From positions 14,811 to 78,810 of IMG/VR virus record IMGVR_UViG_3300050335_000039: DNA of 64,000 nucleotides; one strand, written 5' to 3'. The translations under genes were made by a program, and so were the position numbers. Every line of letters starts with the position of its first letter. Positions within the stretch are counted from its first letter, which is position 1. The notes beneath the pieces were generated by a model that did no database searches, had not been told where the DNA came from, and worked only from the letters and a program-made list of their open reading frames with translations. The DNA is from a virus (taxonomy: Duplodnaviria > Caudoviricetes). This document shows, piece by piece, positions 17,847-27,971 of the stretch.

Positions 17847-18051
17847 ACATATAAGGGATTTTGAATATTCTATCGAATTAGAAGATATGCCAGATGAAAA
17901 TATTCCATTTTCTGAAAAATTAGAAATAACTATGATTAATTTGAAAGAAGCATTAGGTACTATATTATTTGCTCTCATTATTATAGTTAGTATATTATGT
18001 ACAACTTCTTATATTGTTTTATTAATATATGAAAGGTTATTTATGAGATGA
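17833..18051 (+). CDS. Small membrane protein
   Basis: C-terminal hydrophobic helix. Confidence 0.5.
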   Translation: MPKFKHIRDFEYSIELEDMPDENIPFSEKLEITMINLKEALGTILFALIIIVSILCTTSYIVLLIYERLFMR

Positions 18052-18347
18052 GCGATACATTAGGAGGTCTAATAGATAAATTATTTACTGTAGATGAAAA
18101 AATGTTTTTAGCGCAAGAAATATTTTATAGAATAAGGCACATGAATTTTGAGGATTTTAAAAATGAATTTTATTCGGAAGAAGGAATGAAAGAATTATGG
18201 AATCAGTTCAAAAAAGGAATGGATCTTAATTTACAGAGAAACGATCTTATAGATGAAATTGATAGTAAAATAGTTGAAATAATAAAATCCGGTTTAGAAG
18301 GAAAAGATTTAGAATCATTTGTGCAAAGGAAATATAAGACTTATTAA
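18048..18347 (+). CDS. DUF4254-like helical protein
   Basis: LIDKL...DLNLQRNDLIDEID pattern; family usually near glycosyltransferases. Confidence 0.5.
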   Translation: MSDTLGGLIDKLFTVDEKMFLAQEIFYRIRHMNFEDFKNEFYSEEGMKELWNQFKKGMDLNLQRNDLIDEIDSKIVEIIKSGLEGKDLESFVQRKYKTY

Positions 18348-19204
18348 TGATTTCAGATTTAGTTTTTTATAGCTTTTATGGTGCAGGAGATTTATTTAAT
18401 TCTAAAGGAATAATAAAAGATATTATAGATAATGTAGAAGCTGAAAGATATTTCTATTGTCATAATAAAGGCGCTAATGTTTTTAAAGATATTGTAAAAT
18501 TAAAATATTCTACTATTACGTATTTATGTGAAAATAAATTTCAAGCTAGAAAATTAAATAATGATATTTACATAAATACATGGATAGGACTACAGCAAAA
18601 ATATGTTTTGCCAGGAATTGGGATATTCTTAGATAAATATATAGAAATGTTTAATGAGTGTTTAACACAAACAGGTATAGATTATAGATTAGAAAAAAAT
18701 ATAGTAGAGTATATACCTGAAATAGATTATTCATTTTATAATACAAATATAGTAGATTTTATTATAGACAAAAACGAAAAACATGTTCTTATTTGTAACG
18801 GAAAAGTAAATTCTAACCAAGCAAATAATTTTGATTTTGAACCAATTATAAATGAATTAGCTATCAATCATAAAGATATACAATTTTTTATAACGGAGAG
18901 TTTGAGAGATTCAACACACGATAACATAGTATCTACTGAAGATTTATTTACTGGTTTTGATTTAAACGAAATAGCATATATTAGTACATTTTGTGATTTA
19001 ATAGTTGGAAGAGCTTCAGGCCCGTTTGTATTTACACAGACAAAAAGCAATATATTTAATCCTAATAAAAAGTTTTTAGCTTTTACTTATAATAGAGAAA
19101 CAGCATATTTAGTAAGAAATTTAGATATTCCATCTAGAAGATTTTGGAGTAATAAAATAGATAAGGAAGGAGTTTTAAAGGATATAGAATGTCACTTAGT
19201 TTAA
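18347..19204 (+). CDS. Glycosyltransferase, GT9-like GT-B fold
   Basis: N-terminal GAGD, C-terminal CDLIVGRASGP resembling the GT9 DLFIGNDSGP motif. Confidence 0.55.
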   Translation: MISDLVFYSFYGAGDLFNSKGIIKDIIDNVEAERYFYCHNKGANVFKDIVKLKYSTITYLCENKFQARKLNNDIYINTWIGLQQKYVLPGIGIFLDKYIEMFNECLTQTGIDYRLEKNIVEYIPEIDYSFYNTNIVDFIIDKNEKHVLICNGKVNSNQANNFDFEPIINELAINHKDIQFFITESLRDSTHDNIVSTEDLFTGFDLNEIAYISTFCDLIVGRASGPFVFTQTKSNIFNPNKKFLAFTYNRETAYLVRNLDIPSRRFWSNKIDKEGVLKDIECHLV

Positions 19205-19749
19205 ATAAAGATTTACTCGATAAATATAAAACAAAAATTTTTGTAGAAACAGGAACATATATTGGTGGCGGTATTGAAGTAGCATTACAATCAGATTTTA
19301 ATGAAGTTCATAGCATAGAAATACATAAACCATATTATGATGTTGCTTTTTCTTATTATAAAGATAACCCTAAAGTTCATTTACATTTAGGAGATTCAGC
19401 AGAGTTATTATACGATATTATAATAAATATAAAAGAGCCCATTACTTTTTTCTTAGATGGACATTCAATGATAGAGGGCGATACTACAGGAAAATATAAA
19501 GTACCTCTATATAGAGAGTTGGAAGCTATTTATACTAGTATTTTGAAAACAAATATTGTAGATCATATTATTATGATAGATGATAAACGAATGATGAGTC
19601 AAAATAATGATGGATGGAATGGCGAGGTGTGGAATAATGTATTAGAAAGTGAAGTATTTAAATGGTTATTTAAAATAAATCCATATTATAAAATATATCT
19701 TGAAGATAATCCACACGCTAAAAACGATATTATAGTAGCAAAGGTGTAA
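19189..19749 (+). CDS. Class I SAM-dependent methyltransferase-like protein
   Basis: FVETGTYIGGG, SIEI, GDS, FFLDGH, IMIDD. Confidence 0.65.
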   Translation: MSLSLNKDLLDKYKTKIFVETGTYIGGGIEVALQSDFNEVHSIEIHKPYYDVAFSYYKDNPKVHLHLGDSAELLYDIIINIKEPITFFLDGHSMIEGDTTGKYKVPLYRELEAIYTSILKTNIVDHIIMIDDKRMMSQNNDGWNGEVWNNVLESEVFKWLFKINPYYKIYLEDNPHAKNDIIVAKV

Positions 19750-19750
19750 C

Positions 19751-21187
19751 ATGCCAAAAACTCTAATAGGTATGGTTTCTTTTGGAAATCTAGCATTTAC
19801 TAAGCAGTCTGTAAAATCTATAAAAGATACTGTAAAAAATGACTATGATATTTTTCTGGTTATAGGAAAACCAGGGGATTCTGAAACTGGAAAATATGCG
19901 TCGGAAGAAGGATTAAAACATATTTATCACAATGAAAATATGGGATTTCCATATTCAGTAAATGATATATATGATTTTGCATGGAAAACATGTAATTATG
20001 ACTATATAGTAATAATGGGCAATGATGTAATTGCATATCCATACTCTATAGATTCTCTCATAAAGGTAGCAGATACTACAGAAAATGAGTGGATATGCCC
20101 TGTTCAATATTCTGTGCAGGATTTAGTAAGAGATTTTCCAGAGCATAGAAAATTGTTTGGAGATAATTTTAGATTTTCTAATTTTGAATCCAGGTGTTGG
20201 GAATCATTTACAAATTTTACAGATAATATAAATATATCAGATAATGGAATGTCAGAAACACATAATCTGGCTCTTTACAAAAAATCATTTTTTGATAAAC
20301 TTGGTTACATAGATGTTAATTTTTTTCCATGCTTAGTTCCAGAAACTCCAGTATTAACTTCAAAATTAACCTGGGTTAAATTGGAAGACCTAAATATCGG
20401 GGATGAATTAATAGGAGTTGAAGAATATCCAAAATCTAGTAAAAAATTTAGAAAATATAAGAAATCTATAGTTGAAGAAAAAGTATATAAAAAAGCAGAA
20501 TGTTTAAAAATAACACTGGAAGATGGTAGAGAAATAATTTGTTCAAAAAATCATAGGTGGTTATCTAAATACCCAACTACAAAATTTTATCATTGGGTGG
20601 AAACAAATAAATTAAAAGAAGGATATAGAATATGCTCACCCTTTAGTATAAATGAGTATATTAAACAAGATAATAGTGTCCACACGATAGAAAAAGCAGA
20701 TACTATATCTCTATTGAGTAAATTATGCCATTATGATATAAACCAGGAACATTCAGACCTTATAATAACTAAAATAGAAGATGTTGGTATGAAAGATGTT
20801 ATTGATATACAAACTTCAACCAGAACCTTTATAGCAAATGGTTTAGTAACACATAATTGTTATTATGAAGATAATGACTTAGTAAAGAGGGCTTTACTAT
20901 CTGATATAAAATCGTGTACTGTAACTAATTCAGTTTATTTTCATTTTTGGAGTAGAACAGTAAACCAAGAAACAGGCGGTTCTAATAATAAATTTTTTAA
21001 TTTGAACCATAATTTTTATATTACTAAATGGGGAGGAGATTTCTTGCAGGAAAGATACTCACTTCCATTTAATGGACAAAGATATAGATTATATAATGAA
21101 ACTTATTTAGAACCAACAATAAAAATAAATAGCAGAGTAGCAGAAAAATCTATAATTGATTATTGGAAGTATCATGTCAATAAGTGA
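19751..21187 (+). CDS. GT2 glycosyltransferase interrupted by a mini-intein
   Basis: HNENMGFPYSVN, IVIMGND DxD-like motif, GYIDVNFFP|CYYEDND after splicing. Confidence 0.8.
   Translation: MPKTLIGMVSFGNLAFTKQSVKSIKDTVKNDYDIFLVIGKPGDSETGKYASEEGLKHIYHNENMGFPYSVNDIYDFAWKTCNYDYIVIMGNDVIAYPYSIDSLIKVADTTENEWICPVQYSVQDLVRDFPEHRKLFGDNFRFSNFESRCWESFTNFTDNINISDNGMSETHNLALYKKSFFDKLGYIDVNFFPCLVPETPVLTSKLTWVKLEDLNIGDELIGVEEYPKSSKKFRKYKKSIVEEKVYKKAECLKITLEDGREIICSKNHRWLSKYPTTKFYHWVETNKLKEGYRICSPFSINEYIKQDNSVHTIEKADTISLLSKLCHYDINQEHSDLIITKIEDVGMKDVIDIQTSTRTFIANGLVTHNCYYEDNDLVKRALLSDIKSCTVTNSVYFHFWSRTVNQETGGSNNKFFNLNHNFYITKWGGDFLQERYSLPFNGQRYRLYNETYLEPTIKINSRVAEKSIIDYWKYHVNK
20330..20857 (+). mobile_element. 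Mini-intein (176 aa, no homing endonuclease)
   Basis: Starts CLVPETPVLT, block B CSKNHRW, ends DIQTSTRTFIANGLVTHN followed by Cys. Confidence 0.9.
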
Positions 21188-22724
21188 AAAAGTAGAACAA
21201 AGTGATTTAATATTATATGAGATAATAAAGAATCCAGTATTATTTGGAGAATTTGTAAATAATATAGATAAATTGGATTTTGAAGATGAATTTGAATTTA
21301 CAGATTACCAGAAAGAATTTATATGTGATTTTAATAGTTATGAAGAGTTGTGTTGTGGCCGTGCTGTAGGAAAATCACTGTCATTAGTTAATATACTTTT
21401 ATGGGCACTAGTATATAATTTATTTCCAAATGATTATTTACTTTATACAGTACCTAGCAAGGTTCATTTGGAACCAATAATGACAGGTCTTTCTAGGCAA
21501 TTAAGATCTAATTCTTTTTTGAAAAACTTTATAGAGCCTAGAGGTGGAATTAATAACTCAGATTTTACTATAAAGATGTTAAATAATGCTACGCTATTAT
21601 GTCGTATTGCAGGACAAACAGGAACTGGGGCTAATGTAATTGGTTTACATTCACCGTTTGAGATTTTGGATGAAGCTGGATATTATCCTTGGGGTACGTG
21701 GTTAGAATTACAACCAACATTTAATACATGGGTACCTGGGTGTAGAAAAATAGTATCGGGAGTTCCTACAGGATTAAGAGAAAATAATGTTTTATATCAC
21801 GTAGATCAAGAAAATTCAACTTATACAAAGCATAGAATATCTGCCTATAGAAACCCAAGATTTACGGATTCTGATAAGCAAAGAGCTATTGAACAGTATG
21901 GTGGAGAAGATTCTGATGACTATATACATTTCATAATGGGGCAACATGGAAGGCCTGTATTTGCGTTGTTTGACAGATCAAATATGGAAATTTCTAATTA
22001 TCCTGTTTATAAATTAATATTTGATGGCCTAATATCGGAAAATCTAATGGATTATATTAATAAGTTAGCAATATTTCCTGGGCTTCCAGATAAAAGTTAT
22101 AAGAGTTTAATAGGAATAGATTTAGGATATACTGAGCCTACAGCCATATTTATTATGTATATAGATAACATGAATAGAATTAAATTTCATGGAAAAATAA
22201 CTTTAAATAAAGTTTCTTATCCAATACAGGAAAAATTTATAGATATGTTGGATACTAAGTTTGAACCTATTATTATAGGAATAGATAAAGGTAATGTTGG
22301 TATTTCTGTTATTCAACGGCTACAGGAAGATAAGGAATTTTTACATAAAGATTATAAGAATAGATTGATACCAATTGATTTTTCTTCTTCAATTACGTTG
22401 GGCATTGATAATGAAGGTAATGAAATAAAATCTAAAACTAAACCGTTTTCTGTATCAGTGCTTCAAGATTATACTAATAATCATAAGATAGTATATACAT
22501 CAACTGACTTAGAAACCGTAGCAGAATTGGAGAGAATGACTTATTCTAAAAATATAAATGGCGATATAGTATATAAAACACTAACACAGAAGGGCGGAAA
22601 AAAAGGAGAAGATCACTTTACATCTGCTTTACTTTGTGGAGCTTTAGCTTATTATTTAACAAATGAATATATTTTAGTTAAAAGGGAAAAAGTAAAATTA
22701 GCTAAACCAATTTGGCTAATGTAG
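21174..22724 (+). CDS. terL: Terminase large subunit
   Basis: CGRAVGKS Walker A, ILDEAG Walker B, GIDLGYTEPTA and DHFTSA nuclease motifs. Confidence 0.9.
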   Translation: MSISEKVEQSDLILYEIIKNPVLFGEFVNNIDKLDFEDEFEFTDYQKEFICDFNSYEELCCGRAVGKSLSLVNILLWALVYNLFPNDYLLYTVPSKVHLEPIMTGLSRQLRSNSFLKNFIEPRGGINNSDFTIKMLNNATLLCRIAGQTGTGANVIGLHSPFEILDEAGYYPWGTWLELQPTFNTWVPGCRKIVSGVPTGLRENNVLYHVDQENSTYTKHRISAYRNPRFTDSDKQRAIEQYGGEDSDDYIHFIMGQHGRPVFALFDRSNMEISNYPVYKLIFDGLISENLMDYINKLAIFPGLPDKSYKSLIGIDLGYTEPTAIFIMYIDNMNRIKFHGKITLNKVSYPIQEKFIDMLDTKFEPIIIGIDKGNVGISVIQRLQEDKEFLHKDYKNRLIPIDFSSSITLGIDNEGNEIKSKTKPFSVSVLQDYTNNHKIVYTSTDLETVAELERMTYSKNINGDIVYKTLTQKGGKKGEDHFTSALLCGALAYYLTNEYILVKREKVKLAKPIWLM

Positions 22725-22732
22725 GTAAAATT

Positions 22733-24244
22733 ATGACAACAAAAGAAATAAATTCAACCGTAGAGGAACCAAAAAAGATAATGCAAACGGTATCTTCATG
22801 GTTAAATCCCTTATCAAACATAAATAATCCATGGTATTTATCCGAACAGGATGTAGATAAATATGATTATAATAATTTAGATTATAATAAATTAATTAGA
22901 GATTGTAGATTTTTTTACAAAAGAGACCCAATTTCATCTACTACAATAAATAAGATGGTTGATATAGGAATTACTGAAATCTTATTTACCAATAAGGGAA
23001 AGTTAACCGAAAATGAGCTAAGAATTTTTTACGGCATAAAAGATAGTTTACAAGCGTTTGCTGAGAATATGGCGATAGAATTTTTGATTTCTGGTTTGGT
23101 AATACCTGAAATAGAATATGCTGTTGCTAATAAAGATGAATTAGAAAAACTAGGAATAAAAAAATATTCAAGTTTAATTCTACCTGTTTCTATGTGGGTT
23201 CGTGACCCATCAACAATAAAAATAAATTCAACATATTTTTCAGATAAGCCATCATATTTTATAAAAATACCTGAAAAGTTAATCTATTTTATTACTAATA
23301 ATGGCAAGTATCCAGATGGTACATCTGATGAAAAATTATTATCTAAATTTAAAGTTCTATATCCAGAATTTATATCGGAAATACTTTCTGGAAAGAAAGA
23401 AATATTACTAGATAATCCATTAATATTTAGATCAAAATATCTAAGTAATAGTCCATATCCAATACCATATCTTTCATCTGCTTTAGAATCATTAAAGCAC
23501 AAAAGAAATTTAAGAAGAATGGATTATTCAATAGCAAGTAGAGTTATTAGCGCCATTCTATTATTTAGATTGGGGGATAAAGATTTTCCATTAACAGAAG
23601 ATGACCAGGAACAATTTAATGCAATTAAAGAACAAATGTTATGGAGAGAAAATATAGGTAAAAATGCGGAAATAGAAAGAATCTTTCAACTATTCGCAAA
23701 CCATACCTTACAAATTGATTGGATATATCCTCCAGTAGATTCTCTATTGAATTCTGAAAAGTATAAAGATATAAATCAGGATATTGTTTACTCGTTAGGT
23801 TTTCCTAGAATACTTATAACAGGAGAAACTGAAAAGACCGGTACGTCTGATCCAGAATTTGCTTCTTTATCTCCATTAAAAACAATGGAATCAATGAGAA
23901 GAAAGATTTTACCTGTTTTAAGAGATGTTATTAGAAACGTAGCAGAGAGAAATAATATATCTTATATTCCAGATATAAAATTTAAAAATATAAATTTGAA
24001 TGATTTTAAAACCTTTGTTACAGCAATAGGATCACTTTATGAATCTGGTAATTTATCCAGAAATTCGTACGCTGAGGTATTTGGATATGATTGGAATGAT
24101 GAAATTAGAACTAAGGCAGAAGAAAATAATTTACTAAAAGAATTAAATGTAGAAGAGTTTGCTCCAAAACCTTATAGTCCACAGCCAAAGAATCAGCAAA
24201 CTAGCACTAAAAAACGCAATAATAGTGATAAATTAGATCAATAA
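22733..24244 (+). CDS. Portal protein
   Basis: ~500 aa directly after TerL; PYPIPYL and LGFPRIL-type segments; synteny. Confidence 0.75.
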   Translation: MTTKEINSTVEEPKKIMQTVSSWLNPLSNINNPWYLSEQDVDKYDYNNLDYNKLIRDCRFFYKRDPISSTTINKMVDIGITEILFTNKGKLTENELRIFYGIKDSLQAFAENMAIEFLISGLVIPEIEYAVANKDELEKLGIKKYSSLILPVSMWVRDPSTIKINSTYFSDKPSYFIKIPEKLIYFITNNGKYPDGTSDEKLLSKFKVLYPEFISEILSGKKEILLDNPLIFRSKYLSNSPYPIPYLSSALESLKHKRNLRRMDYSIASRVISAILLFRLGDKDFPLTEDDQEQFNAIKEQMLWRENIGKNAEIERIFQLFANHTLQIDWIYPPVDSLLNSEKYKDINQDIVYSLGFPRILITGETEKTGTSDPEFASLSPLKTMESMRRKILPVLRDVIRNVAERNNISYIPDIKFKNINLNDFKTFVTAIGSLYESGNLSRNSYAEVFGYDWNDEIRTKAEENNLLKELNVEEFAPKPYSPQPKNQQTSTKKRNNSDKLDQ

Positions 24245-24274
24245 TTGACACGAAATTGCATTTTGTGTTATAAT
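24245..24274 (+). promoter_or_regulatory. Promoter for head genes
   Basis: TTGACA-18 bp-TATAAT, spacer CGAAATTGCATTTTGTGT. Confidence 0.75.
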
Positions 24275-24320
24275 TAAAATAGAACATAAATTCGCAATAG
24301 TTTGCGAATGAGGGTGACAA

Positions 24321-25346
24321 ATGAAAGATAAACTAATAACAAACTTTTTAAGTAATATTACATTTGAAGATGTTACTGATGACGATGACGATATAAATGA
24401 ATCAATTTCTTCATTAAATTTAAATAAAAATTTTGTTTCATGGATAAAATTTATTTTTACAGATTCTGAACCAAATGCAAATAGGCAAAGAATTCCAGAG
24501 GAAGAATTTGATAATATAATATCAACTGGTTTACACATGCCCATAAAAGCCGCATCTTTATCAAAAAACGGTATTCCAAATGGACATGAAGGAGCTTACC
24601 CAATAGGCGTTATTACCAACTTAAAAAAGGTTGGAGGGCAAATAAAAGGATTAGCGGCCCTATGGAAAAAAGAACGTGAAGAAGATGTAAATTATATTAA
24701 AGAAGCACATAGCAAAGGTATTCCAATTAATCTATCTTGGGAATTAGGCTATGTCAATTCTTCGGTAGATGATAATGGTATAGAAGATTTACACGATGTA
24801 GTTGTAAGAGCTACTACTATAGTAGGGATGCCGGCTTATAAGGGTAGAACACCGGTTCTAGAAATAAGTGCATCAGAACAAAATAAAAACGTGGAGGATA
24901 CTGAGTTGGAAGAATTAGAACTATTAAAACAGAGAGTCTCTGATCTAGAAAATAAAATGCTAGAGAAAGATACTGCTCTTTCAGCTAAAGACGATGAAAT
25001 TAAATCTTTACGAGAAGAAAATGAAAATCTTTTACAATTTAAAGCCGAAGTAGAAGCAAAAGAAGAAAAAGAGCGAAAATTAAAGAAAATGAAAGAAAAA
25101 TGCAAAGAGGCTGGAATTATAAAAGACGATCAATATTTTATTGATAATGCTGAAAAACTTTTAAGCATGACTGAGGAAAGTTTTGAGTTTATGCTACAGG
25201 AAATGGTTGCTTTTTCTAGTGCATATAGAAAAGAATCAACATCATCTTTGGATAAAAATATTCCAAATTTAAATGGCAATAGTGATGATATATCCAAAGA
25301 CCCAAAGGCTTTAGCACAAGCTCTAAGAGAATTAAAAAGTAAATAA
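24321..25346 (+). CDS. Prohead protease/scaffold fusion
   Basis: N-terminal protease-like region (NANRQRIP, H..A, LSWE, PAY) followed by a coiled coil; synteny. Confidence 0.65.
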   Translation: MKDKLITNFLSNITFEDVTDDDDDINESISSLNLNKNFVSWIKFIFTDSEPNANRQRIPEEEFDNIISTGLHMPIKAASLSKNGIPNGHEGAYPIGVITNLKKVGGQIKGLAALWKKEREEDVNYIKEAHSKGIPINLSWELGYVNSSVDDNGIEDLHDVVVRATTIVGMPAYKGRTPVLEISASEQNKNVEDTELEELELLKQRVSDLENKMLEKDTALSAKDDEIKSLREENENLLQFKAEVEAKEEKERKLKKMKEKCKEAGIIKDDQYFIDNAEKLLSMTEESFEFMLQEMVAFSSAYRKESTSSLDKNIPNLNGNSDDISKDPKALAQALRELKSK

Positions 25347-25367
25347 TTATCAAGGAGATAATTAGTA

Positions 25368-25940
25368 ATGGAAATTAATAAATTTTATGATATAAAAGGT
25401 GTTATACCAACAGAAGATATTGTTGAAGGTCGTATGGTGGTTTTAACATCTCATACACATAATTACGATTTTGGAAGTAAAACAGATTTACCTGGTTGCA
25501 AGGTTCCGGCTACTGCTGAAGAAGCCAATGCCGCAATGTTTATTGTAACATGGGCAGTTGATAATAGAGAAACTCCTATTTATCAACCAAATCCAAGTTT
25601 CAATTATGCTTTACGACAGGGTTTTGATAGACCTGCAAATACTCCATTCTCTACTACCGTTTATGTAACACACCCAGGAAACCAAAATGGTTTAACTATA
25701 CCATCTGGTACGCCCTGTCTAGCGTTTGGCGAAGGAACATATACCGTTCCATCCGGCTGTTATATAAACAATGCCGCTATTGTTAATCCAGGTACTCTAT
25801 TACAAGTTGCAAATACAGCAGAAGATTCTACTGATGCTGGCAAACTAAAAGTTGTTTCTACTTGGGGAAACAGAGTAATTGGAGTTGTAGAACATTATAA
25901 TACTTCAAATGGTGATTTAACATTCTCTATAACCAAATAA
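25368..25940 (+). CDS. Head decoration/cement protein
   Basis: Beta-rich 190 aa between scaffold and MCP; synteny. Confidence 0.55.
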   Translation: MEINKFYDIKGVIPTEDIVEGRMVVLTSHTHNYDFGSKTDLPGCKVPATAEEANAAMFIVTWAVDNRETPIYQPNPSFNYALRQGFDRPANTPFSTTVYVTHPGNQNGLTIPSGTPCLAFGEGTYTVPSGCYINNAAIVNPGTLLQVANTAEDSTDAGKLKVVSTWGNRVIGVVEHYNTSNGDLTFSITK

Positions 25941-25965
25941 TTAATTTGGAGGATAAAATAATACA

Positions 25966-26874
25966 ATGGAAGATACAAAAATAAAGGAAGCCATCGCTTC
26001 TGTAATGAAGGATAAAAATCAGCGAGAGGCTCTTGCAGAATTATTAGTTGAGTATATTCAGCCTAATCATATAACAACCGATTTTATTTCATTGTTATTG
26101 AATACCAGAAATCTAAAACCTGGGGATTCTCTAATAAAGAAAATAAGAAAGGGGATTACCGTTCATACTTTAGTACCAGGTTCAGTTAGTCTAAAGAGCG
26201 AAGTAACGGTATCAGATAGAATGAATTACGTTCTAGATGGTGCTATTGTTTCTCTAATGGCTAACTATTGGGAATTAGAATCTGGAGAAATTGGTACTAT
26301 AGAATCACTACGTGCTGAGGCTATGGCGAAACTTCGTGATATGTTCATGAATAAAGTATTTAATGCTCTAGCTTCTGTATGGAATGGAAGTAACACTCCA
26401 GATAACTACGTTTCAGCGGGTGGTGCTATTTCTTCTACCGTTCTAAAGAACGCTATTGACAGAATTAATCAAACTACCTCTGGCGTAAAAGCAGTTATTG
26501 GCGTTCGCTCTGCATTAACTCCAATTACTACTTTCGGTGGTTTTTGGTCTAATGGAGCTACTACTACTGAAGTACCATCAGCAATTAAAGAGATTATGGA
26601 TACCGGCTGGTTGGGTAAATATTATGGCGCTCCTATTATAGCTCTAAATCAAGTATGGGATAATCCAGAAGATCATAATACAATGCTACCCACAGATAAA
26701 GTGTTGGTAGTAGGAGAAAATGTTGGTGAATTTATTACTTATGGTGATGTAAAAACCAAAGAATATGATGAAATGCGCCCAACTCCTCCATATTGGAATC
26801 TTGATATTTATCAACAATTTGGTTTAATGGTTGATAATGCTCAAGGCATTTATGTAATAGGCGGAATTAGTTAA
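25966..26874 (+). CDS. Major capsid protein
   Basis: 302 aa, strong SD (GGAGG), followed by a hairpin; position in head module. Confidence 0.75.
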   Translation: MEDTKIKEAIASVMKDKNQREALAELLVEYIQPNHITTDFISLLLNTRNLKPGDSLIKKIRKGITVHTLVPGSVSLKSEVTVSDRMNYVLDGAIVSLMANYWELESGEIGTIESLRAEAMAKLRDMFMNKVFNALASVWNGSNTPDNYVSAGGAISSTVLKNAIDRINQTTSGVKAVIGVRSALTPITTFGGFWSNGATTTEVPSAIKEIMDTGWLGKYYGAPIIALNQVWDNPEDHNTMLPTDKVLVVGENVGEFITYGDVKTKEYDEMRPTPPYWNLDIYQQFGLMVDNAQGIYVIGGIS

Positions 26875-26888
26875 TATATTGTATATAT

Positions 26889-26916
26889 ATGGGAGAGTTT
26901 TTAAAAACTCTCCCAT
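26889..26916 (+). terminator. Perfect 28-bp palindrome after MCP
   Basis: ATGGGAGAGTTTTT/AAAAACTCTCCCAT. Confidence 0.6.
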
Positions 26917-26954
26917 AATAAATTTACATATAAAGGAAAGGATTTTTATTTTAA

Positions 26955-27443
26955 ATGGAAGATAGTAATTTAGATATTTATTCAAAAATGCAAACTGATG
27001 CTCCTTATAAAACCTATAAAAAGACTATTTTGGGAAAAGTTTATTTAACAGTTATAAATCCATTTTCTGGTGAACCGGAAGGAATAATTGTATCTGGAGA
27101 CCCAAAGAAAAATGAAGGATTAATTGATATTTGGGATATAAAACAAGATATGTTTTTTAGACGGTCAAATAAAAGGCAGTTTGAGATGGGAAATATAATA
27201 GAATATAAAAGGCCTATTGAAGAACAACCAAAAGAAAGGGAAATAGAAAGTTACTCTGATGAAGAATTAAAAGAGGTTATCAATCAAAAATTTATGGCCT
27301 TACAGCATACAGTAAATAAAATTAAGACAGAAACAGTCTTAATAAGAATGATAGATTTAGCTAGAGAAATGGAAAAATCTGAAAAGATTATTAAGGTTTT
27401 TGAGGCTAGACTAGCTGAATTACAACAAGTGGGATTAACATAA
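26955..27443 (+). CDS. Hypothetical protein in the head-neck region
   Basis: 162-aa ORF; synteny. Confidence 0.55.
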   Translation: MEDSNLDIYSKMQTDAPYKTYKKTILGKVYLTVINPFSGEPEGIIVSGDPKKNEGLIDIWDIKQDMFFRRSNKRQFEMGNIIEYKRPIEEQPKEREIESYSDEELKEVINQKFMALQHTVNKIKTETVLIRMIDLAREMEKSEKIIKVFEARLAELQQVGLT

Positions 27444-27444
27444 A

Positions 27445-27954
27445 ATGTCATTAAATACAGCTACTAACTATGATTATTTAATAGATGCTCTAAGATTACA
27501 TTTAGGAGACACAAACCCAGCTAGTTATAGATATTTAGATGAATGGTTAAGAACAGCATTAATGTATTCTATAAAAACTCTACAGCGCTGGTGGAATTAT
27601 AAGTATCTAATAGATTCTAATTATGATATATATAGGAATCCTAATATTTCTTTTCTTTTTCCAGAACCACCAATTATACAAACTGTTGATGAGCGTCCTA
27701 TAGTTTTAATGGCATCTATTATAATAAAACAAGGCGCATTAGAAAACTCATCTTGGGCTACTGGTAGCTGGAAAGATTACGAAATATCATATAGTAATAT
27801 AGAATCTGGAAAAATGAAAGAATTTTCATTAAAATCAGATTGGGATGAATTAACTTCATTAATAAAACAACCTTCTAAAAGATTAGCTTGGACAGAGAAA
27901 GGCCATCTACCTGGATGGACATCTCCTGGGTATGAAAAAGATACTATACCTTAA
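27445..27954 (+). CDS. Head-tail adaptor (neck 1)
   Basis: LIDALRLHLGD helical N-terminus; position. Confidence 0.5.
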   Translation: MSLNTATNYDYLIDALRLHLGDTNPASYRYLDEWLRTALMYSIKTLQRWWNYKYLIDSNYDIYRNPNISFLFPEPPIIQTVDERPIVLMASIIIKQGALENSSWATGSWKDYEISYSNIESGKMKEFSLKSDWDELTSLIKQPSKRLAWTEKGHLPGWTSPGYEKDTIP

Positions 27955-27971
27955 TAAGAAAGGGATAAAGG

